Shown here piece by piece: positions 58,341-64,000 of a stretch of 64,000 nt of DNA. Each line of letters opens with the position of its first letter. Position 1 is the first letter of the stretch. The position numbers and the translations under genes were made by a program. The notes under the pieces are model-generated. The model had not been told where the DNA came from and made no database searches. It saw only the letters and a program-made list of their open reading frames with translations. The stretch is from a virus: IMG/VR virus record IMGVR_UViG_3300025570_000007, one strand, 5' to 3'.

Positions 58341-58622
58341 TTACGCTTTTTTCTTGCGAGGTTTTTTTGGCACCGGTGCAGGTATAAATTCTCCTTTTTC
58401 AAGATCAATTGAACCTATTCCGTACTTATCCTCTAATTCTTTCACTAAGCCCTGTTCTCCTTGAACAGTCTCATCCCTAAAAGCTAGAATGCTAGTACGT
58501 CGTGCTTCTAGTTCCATCTTATCCAACTCGAGCTGTCCTAATTCAACTACGACTGCCTGCTTTCTTCTTTGAATAACCTGCACTCCTTGAACTTCTTCTT
58601 CTGATAACTTTTTGTTTGTCAT
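58341..58622 (-). CDS. Coiled-coil hypothetical protein
   Basis: KYGIGSIDLEKGEF C-terminus. Confidence 0.55.
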   Translation of the reverse strand: MTNKKLSEEEVQGVQVIQRRKQAVVVELGQLELDKMELEARRTSILAFRDETVQGEQGLVKELEDKYGIGSIDLEKGEFIPAPVPKKPRKKKA

Positions 58623-58663
58623 TTTTGTAATTAATTAATGTTAGATCTAATGTACGAAATTAC

Positions 58664-59278
58664 TTATTGCGATACAACTTCTTCATATACTTTTACGTTC
58701 TTTAATTTAAACCTAAAGGTGTACCTCTTTCCTACTCCTAGTTGAATTTCCATCCATGTGTTTCCAAACAGGTTTCCTGCGTAAGAGCATCTCCAGTACA
58801 GTTTACCTTTTATCTTAAACCATATAAACACTTTTCCTAATTTTGAAAATCGAATTGAAAGGTACTTTCCTGCATTATGAGACCATTTACCTTTTTCATC
58901 AACATAGAACAGTACTGCTACATTTGATGAGTCTATTTCTTTTCCGTCTGCTGTTAGCTTTCCTTTTTCTGAGATTATTACTTCTTCACCTTTTACCGGT
59001 ACAAGTATAGTATGTAGGTTCCACATCGGATTACGTAATGCACTCCATCTATAGGATACCCAGAACGTATCCTCAGTTATTCCTTTTGCATCTTTCCAAT
59101 ACTGTGCTCCATATAGTCCGTCTTCTTCGTCAAAGAAATACCATAGTATCTTCTCCCTAAACAATCTCTTGTGTCTTAGGCTGTATGCAATAGGGTAAAA
59201 CACCGGTGCAATAATGAATGCTAATAAAGGAATTATCATTACCCCTATCCATTTTAAAATTGAAAGTACTTTTTTCAT
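58664..59278 (-). CDS. Membrane-anchored hypothetical protein
   Basis: N-terminal TM helix, WSALRNP. Confidence 0.55.
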   Translation of the reverse strand: MKKVLSILKWIGVMIIPLLAFIIAPVFYPIAYSLRHKRLFREKILWYFFDEEDGLYGAQYWKDAKGITEDTFWVSYRWSALRNPMWNLHTILVPVKGEEVIISEKGKLTADGKEIDSSNVAVLFYVDEKGKWSHNAGKYLSIRFSKLGKVFIWFKIKGKLYWRCSYAGNLFGNTWMEIQLGVGKRYTFRFKLKNVKVYEEVVSQ

Positions 59279-59314
59279 AAAGTGTATTGTTTTAGTTTTA
59301 TTAAAAAGGGCTGG

Positions 59315-59716
59315 TTATATAGCTTCGTATGCAGCAATTTCTGATGGGGTCGTTTCTGCTAGTATCTTAAAGGCTTCCGTAATATTAGCTGCTAGAAAGT
59401 TACTCCAATCATCGGTAGTTGCTGTAAGTACTGTTGCATAGTTCCCTGTGTCTGCATAAATTGCTATTAGCAGTTTTGACGTAGTTTCAGTTTGTTGAGC
59501 ATTATTCAGCAACTTTGTACATATGCTTAGGTATTTCATAAGGTAACTATAGGCTGGAAGGTCTGTAGCTGGGTCAATATTTTTCATGTTTTGAATGAAT
59601 ACTTGTGCTTCGTTTACCGATACCTGTGTTACTAATTCAGCTAAGGAGTAGTTACTGTCTGTAGGAGTTACTATTCCGCTTAAAATGTCTAACTGTTCTC
59701 TAATTGATAATGCCAT
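59315..59716 (-). CDS. Hypothetical protein
   Basis: ORF track. Confidence 0.55.
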   Translation of the reverse strand: MALSIREQLDILSGIVTPTDSNYSLAELVTQVSVNEAQVFIQNMKNIDPATDLPAYSYLMKYLSICTKLLNNAQQTETTSKLLIAIYADTGNYATVLTATTDDWSNFLAANITEAFKILAETTPSEIAAYEAI

Positions 59717-59761
59717 TACGTCTCTATTGTTTCTATGTTATTATTTATAAATACTCTCTTT

Positions 59762-61138
59762 TTATGTTATTATTGACCAACTTCCATCTTCGTAGAGTGT
59801 TGGTACCTGTGCACCGAATCTAGTATGGAGTACATCTTTAACTTTATCAAAATTAGACCCGCCTAAAATTCCATTTTTAATTAACTTCGGCATTACTATC
59901 TTTAGGTCTTGTTCAAACGTTCTTAGATTTCTTACGTTAATGTATACGAAGTGTAATTCCTTATCCTTAAACAACGTATCCACTATTAATGCATCTCTCT
60001 TAACATGGTTTACACAATCTTCAAAAAAATAAGTATTACTGTGAAATCCTAGTGCTACATCTTGCCAGGTTATATCATTTTCAAGATTAAACAAGTCCTC
60101 TCCCCTTAGTGGATCTATTGCGTAAATTTGATTAAATAATCCGCTTGATGCAAAAAAGAACGTACTCTCTCCACAGTGGCTATATAATTCTACCATCTTA
60201 AGATCTGCCCAATAATCTTTGGCTAACCGTCTCAGGTCTGCTATTAGTTCAACTATCCCAAAAAACTGCGTGTTTAGCTTTTGTGAAGTTTTTTTAAATT
60301 TCTGATATCCAAACCTGGGTTTTTCCAATACTGTTATTGGATAGCTATCTACCATGTCTTTAGGGTGCTGCAGATATTGTACTACTTGTTTATCTAGTAC
60401 ATGACCTTTTTCATCAAAGGTAAGTCCTACTGTTCCACCTCCTTCCCTATAGGCATTGTAATACGTATCTGAATCGGATAGATTACCGTCTACTTTATCA
60501 GAATCTTGTCTGAATATACTCTTCTTTACTGTAAATATGTTATGGGATTTACAGAACTGTTCTAGGTATACGTCTGCTGCATATGTAATTGGAAAGTAGT
60601 TATCCGAAAGTTCCTTAGCCATTTTACTAGTAATTGCATAGGAATGAGCACCGTTATAGTTTGTATTAAACCTCGGTATCATCAGATAATTTCCTACATG
60701 TATTCCGTCTTGATACTCTGTCTTCTTTCCTAGATTAACTAAATCCCAATCCAAGTTACTCACTTCATCTAAAACACCTTTGTAATATTCACTAAAAGTT
60801 CTTTCCTCTACTAACTTAAAGATACTTTGTACATCATCTTCTAATATTAGTGCATCAGTTACGCCATCTCTAAGTGCTTGATCCCAGGCTTTCTTATGAG
60901 AGAGTGCACAAGCAAATACTCCTATAGTTACCATTCCCGCTGGGTCCTGGAATCTAGTGTTTAGGCTACCCTCTTCTATTAACTGTCTCTGATCTATATC
61001 ATTAGCATCTACAGCTTCTATAAATGTTAACTCTAATTCAGGAAAATTTAGTAACATTCTCTGCCGTCTATCGTGTCGTTTTTTTAAGTTTATAACATAT
61101 ATCTTATCAAAACCCAATGTCTTAATTTTTTCGCTCAT
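59762..61138 (-). CDS. GT25 glycosyltransferase fused to a class I SAM methyltransferase-like domain
   Basis: YVINLKKRHDR, CALSH, LILEDD; C-terminal MVELYS..G.ST, YAIDP, LHFVYI, GILGG. Confidence 0.8.
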   Translation of the reverse strand: MSEKIKTLGFDKIYVINLKKRHDRRQRMLLNFPELELTFIEAVDANDIDQRQLIEEGSLNTRFQDPAGMVTIGVFACALSHKKAWDQALRDGVTDALILEDDVQSIFKLVEERTFSEYYKGVLDEVSNLDWDLVNLGKKTEYQDGIHVGNYLMIPRFNTNYNGAHSYAITSKMAKELSDNYFPITYAADVYLEQFCKSHNIFTVKKSIFRQDSDKVDGNLSDSDTYYNAYREGGGTVGLTFDEKGHVLDKQVVQYLQHPKDMVDSYPITVLEKPRFGYQKFKKTSQKLNTQFFGIVELIADLRRLAKDYWADLKMVELYSHCGESTFFFASSGLFNQIYAIDPLRGEDLFNLENDITWQDVALGFHSNTYFFEDCVNHVKRDALIVDTLFKDKELHFVYINVRNLRTFEQDLKIVMPKLIKNGILGGSNFDKVKDVLHTRFGAQVPTLYEDGSWSIIT

Positions 61139-61139
61139 A

Positions 61140-62177
61140 CTAAAAGGACTTTAAAAACTTCGAATAATACTCTCTACTTCTCTCATCGTTTAGTTCTACA
61201 AGTGATGCACCGTATTGATTTATCACCTGTTTCAATATACCCGGAGGAGTTTTATATACTTTATCTAATGTGCTCTTTACCGACTCTTCATTAGGCTCTA
61301 CTATAAACGGATAGTCACTAAGGTATTCTTTCTGTGCTGATACTGTGCTTATTATCGGCACCATTCCGTTTAGTAAGCTTATGTAGGAAAAGTAATGGAA
61401 CCCTCCGTAAATTGAAACGTCGTAATATACGTGATTTGTCTTAAAGAAATTAGCATAATCCCGCAACTTACCCTTAAACTTAATAGCTTGACTATTTTCT
61501 GTGAGTTCATTTACAAGTAGTTCATTATTTAAAGCCCCTCTTCCGTGGCTTCCGTATAAGTTTACTGAGTATTTTGAAGATTCTTTTATGGCCTGGTATA
61601 ATGTAAGTAATCCGTTTGCGAACGAAGGTGTTCCGTTAAACCCGATTGAATTATTTGGACTAAAGTGAGATAAGTCTACTCCGATATCGGCCTCTTTTCC
61701 TAATGAAGGCGGAATTATAATTACCGGTTTCTCTTTTACTAGTTTATAAAAGTTTTCAAAAAGGTCTTGATCTAACCTACTGTAAAATACAAACCCGTCT
61801 GCGTAATCTTCGTAAAGAAGTGTTTGTAGTTTGTGAGAAAGTCCTACGTATCTGGAGACTGGGTTTCTTGTTATCACCTTAGTAAAATAGTCGTCCAGCT
61901 CTCTATGCTCTTCCGGGACTGTATCAATTATAAAGACTCTAGGTATCTTTAGTTCTGTGAGTATATCTCTAGATGTAGTTATACTTGTCATCTCGTAGTC
62001 GAGTATAACTAATACGTGGGTATAGTTACTGTTAATTGTGTATTCGATGTTTCTGTCTGTAATATTAAATATATCACAAGGGGCTAATTCTAGAGTCTTA
62101 ACTAACCTGTTGTAAATCAGTAACTCGTTTACAGAATCCCTACGTACGTTATAATTTGTTAGTATACATACCTTCAT
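61140..62177 (-). CDS. GT-B (GT4-like) glycosyltransferase, degenerate
   Basis: IKFKGKL...YGGF...GMVPIIS; context. Confidence 0.55.
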   Translation of the reverse strand: MKVCILTNYNVRRDSVNELLIYNRLVKTLELAPCDIFNITDRNIEYTINSNYTHVLVILDYEMTSITTSRDILTELKIPRVFIIDTVPEEHRELDDYFTKVITRNPVSRYVGLSHKLQTLLYEDYADGFVFYSRLDQDLFENFYKLVKEKPVIIIPPSLGKEADIGVDLSHFSPNNSIGFNGTPSFANGLLTLYQAIKESSKYSVNLYGSHGRGALNNELLVNELTENSQAIKFKGKLRDYANFFKTNHVYYDVSIYGGFHYFSYISLLNGMVPIISTVSAQKEYLSDYPFIVEPNEESVKSTLDKVYKTPPGILKQVINQYGASLVELNDERSREYYSKFLKSF

Positions 62178-62220
62178 TTAATTATATTTTCAATATAGTA
62201 ATATATGAAAAATAACAATG

Positions 62221-64000
62221 TTAAACTACTGTATAGGAATTATCAGGACAAAAGTATATCAAGTCATCTATAATATTCACTACATACCCTATTATTCGTA
62301 CAATATCTGTAGCACCTGTTGGTGCAGTCTGTGTAAAGGCGCCTGCGGTGTTGGAAATGTATAATTTTGCACCACGTGTTGTTAACCCTGTATATGACCC
62401 GTTAGAGGTAAATCTAGCAAATCCTCTTACTAACATTCCATCACTGTTGGAAGTTGTACCTAATGCTATAGCTAGTAGCCCTGTACCCGTTGTTGCGGTA
62501 TCTGCATCTGCTGCAGTCCATCCTGCAGCACTGTTATAGTAGTACAGTGACCCTGCTACGGTTGATGCTGATCCGAAGTATACTATTTCTCCTGCTGTTG
62601 CTGCGGTTCCTAAGTAGTTGAGGGAGGCTTTAGCTGCATAGCAGGTTGTATTATTAAAGGAAGTTGTACATTCGGAAAGTGCTGTTATTCCGTTTCCTAT
62701 AACGAATGCAAAATTTGTGGAGGTTATGGAATTACTGCTGCCTCCTAATATTCCGCTACAGTTACTGGTGGTTATAGTATTAGATACTCCTCCTCCTATA
62801 AAGGATCTACAGGTTCCGTTATTTTGGTTTAGATCTCCTCCTCCTATAAAACTGGTACCGGAGGCACCACAGATAGTGTTCTTAAGCCCCCCTGCTATAG
62901 TGTTGTGAGAATTGTTGCCAGTTAGTGTTGTTACTGTGTTACACTGTCCTCCTCCTATGGTGGAATGGATTCCCCAAACCGGTACACAGTTTCTACTACC
63001 TCCTCCTATTGTTGAACAACCGGCTCCGGATCCCAAGCAATGAAAGCAGCCTCCTCCTATTGTGCCGTGGGTAGCATAACCTCTATTACAAAATCCTCCT
63101 GATACTGTAGTATACTCTAGTGCACAGTTTCTACTACCTCCTCCTACTGTGCCGAATTTGAGGCATGCTACGTTTTGACACCCTCCTGATACAGTTCCGA
63201 AGGCTCCTGATGATGTGTGAAAAGATCCTCCTCCTATTGTTGACCCTGAACTAATTGCGGTAAGATCTAGAGTTGTTCCGTTTGATACTATGTTACAGTA
63301 ACCTCCTGATATTGTTGAATTGTCTGCTAAAACGTAGTTGCCGTTTCCTCCTCCTATTGTTGAACTGGCTCCTGATGCTGTGTGAAAAGATCCTCCTCCT
63401 ATTGTTGAGAAAGCTGCTGTTACTGTGTTGTTTGCTCCTCCTCCTATAGTAGAGTAACAAGAACCGGTTCCTAATAATGCTATTATGGAATTATTACATC
63501 CTCCTCCTATAGTTGAGAAAGAACTATTGAAATATGTTGAGTTGGTAATGTTATTAATACATCCTCCATTTATCGAAGAATAGACTCCACTATTGGTATG
63601 TCCTGCACCTATCGTGATACATCCTGATCCTAGTATATTACCTACTACTGATAATTTTTCGCCAGGACTAGTAGTACCTATTCCTACATTTTTAGTACCT
63701 TCTATAAAACTAGCTATTATATCACCACTTCTATTTGTTATTTTTAACCTTATACTAGTGTTATCATACTCAATACCAAATCTTTTAGCTCCACTCGTAT
63801 TATGTATATCAATAAGTTTGTTGTTAGAAACACCTTCTAACGCCTCTAATACAACCCCTGGCGATGCTGACGTTATTCCATCAATGTGTAGTTTACCATC
63901 TGGATTAGATGTTCCAATACCCACATTACCGCCTGATGTAATTGTTAATCTTGCAATATTATTAGTAAATAATTGTAATGGGTGTCCAGTAGGAGTACCA
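62221..64000 (-). CDS. Tail fibre (5' truncated) with GIGT and STIGGG/Cys repeats
   Basis: NVGIGTTSP repeats and many (S/T)IGGG-C-x-N units. Confidence 0.75.
   Translation of the reverse strand, partial: GTPTGHPLQLFTNNIARLTITSGGNVGIGTSNPDGKLHIDGITSASPGVVLEALEGVSNNKLIDIHNTSGAKRFGIEYDNTSIRLKITNRSGDIIASFIEGTKNVGIGTTSPGEKLSVVGNILGSGCITIGAGHTNSGVYSSINGGCINNITNSTYFNSSFSTIGGGCNNSIIALLGTGSCYSTIGGGANNTVTAAFSTIGGGSFHTASGASSTIGGGNGNYVLADNSTISGGYCNIVSNGTTLDLTAISSGSTIGGGSFHTSSGAFGTVSGGCQNVACLKFGTVGGGSRNCALEYTTVSGGFCNRGYATHGTIGGGCFHCLGSGAGCSTIGGGSRNCVPVWGIHSTIGGGQCNTVTTLTGNNSHNTIAGGLKNTICGASGTSFIGGGDLNQNNGTCRSFIGGGVSNTITTSNCSGILGGSSNSITSTNFAFVIGNGITALSECTTSFNNTTCYAAKASLNYLGTAATAGEIVYFGSASTVAGSLYYYNSAAGWTAADADTATTGTGLLAIALGTTSNSDGMLVRGFARFTSNGSYTGLTTRGAKLYISNTAGAFTQTAPTGATDIVRIIGYVVNIIDDLIYFCPDNSYTVV

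Noticed and set aside
862-62908. All plus-strand ORFs in the ORF track
   Set aside because: They are antisense shadows of well-supported minus-strand genes or tRNAs and have no recognisable motifs

Overview
A 64 kb segment of a large myovirus (AT-rich; every credible gene is on the minus strand), most likely infecting Bacteroidota/Flavobacteriaceae, judged from a recurring TTG-N19/20-TAnnTTTA promoter motif, an Hc1-like histone and OmpA/lipoprotein genes. Contents in order: GroEL/GroES; PolA; a full 7-deazaguanine DNA-modification set (FolE, QueD, QueE, QueC, QueF, DpdA-like TGT, PurN-like formyltransferase, kinase, PRTase); class II RNR; a roughly 9 kb RNA-maintenance island; virion/decoration genes; replication genes (helicase, 5'-3' exonuclease, UvsX, SSB, a second PolA); a contractile tail module; glycosyltransferases; and a tail fibre. 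The RNA island (20.4-29.9 kb) is the main discovery. A Ro60/TROVE gene is associated with seven copies of one conserved, covarying RNA helix (G-U-R-G-U...GUUACUUCG paired with UUC-Y-C). This helix is attached to tRNA modules in three topologies: YrlA-like permuted tRNAs, a whole UCA-anticodon tRNA nested inside the helix, and a circularly permuted helix replacing a tRNA D-arm. The island also holds 25 conventional tRNAs covering all 20 amino acids, a compact permuted two-piece tmRNA (tag ANDNFALAA), boxA-like elements, and a 51-codon leader peptide plus terminator/antiterminator that looks like an attenuator for the tRNA operon. All calls were made by eye, without database searches.
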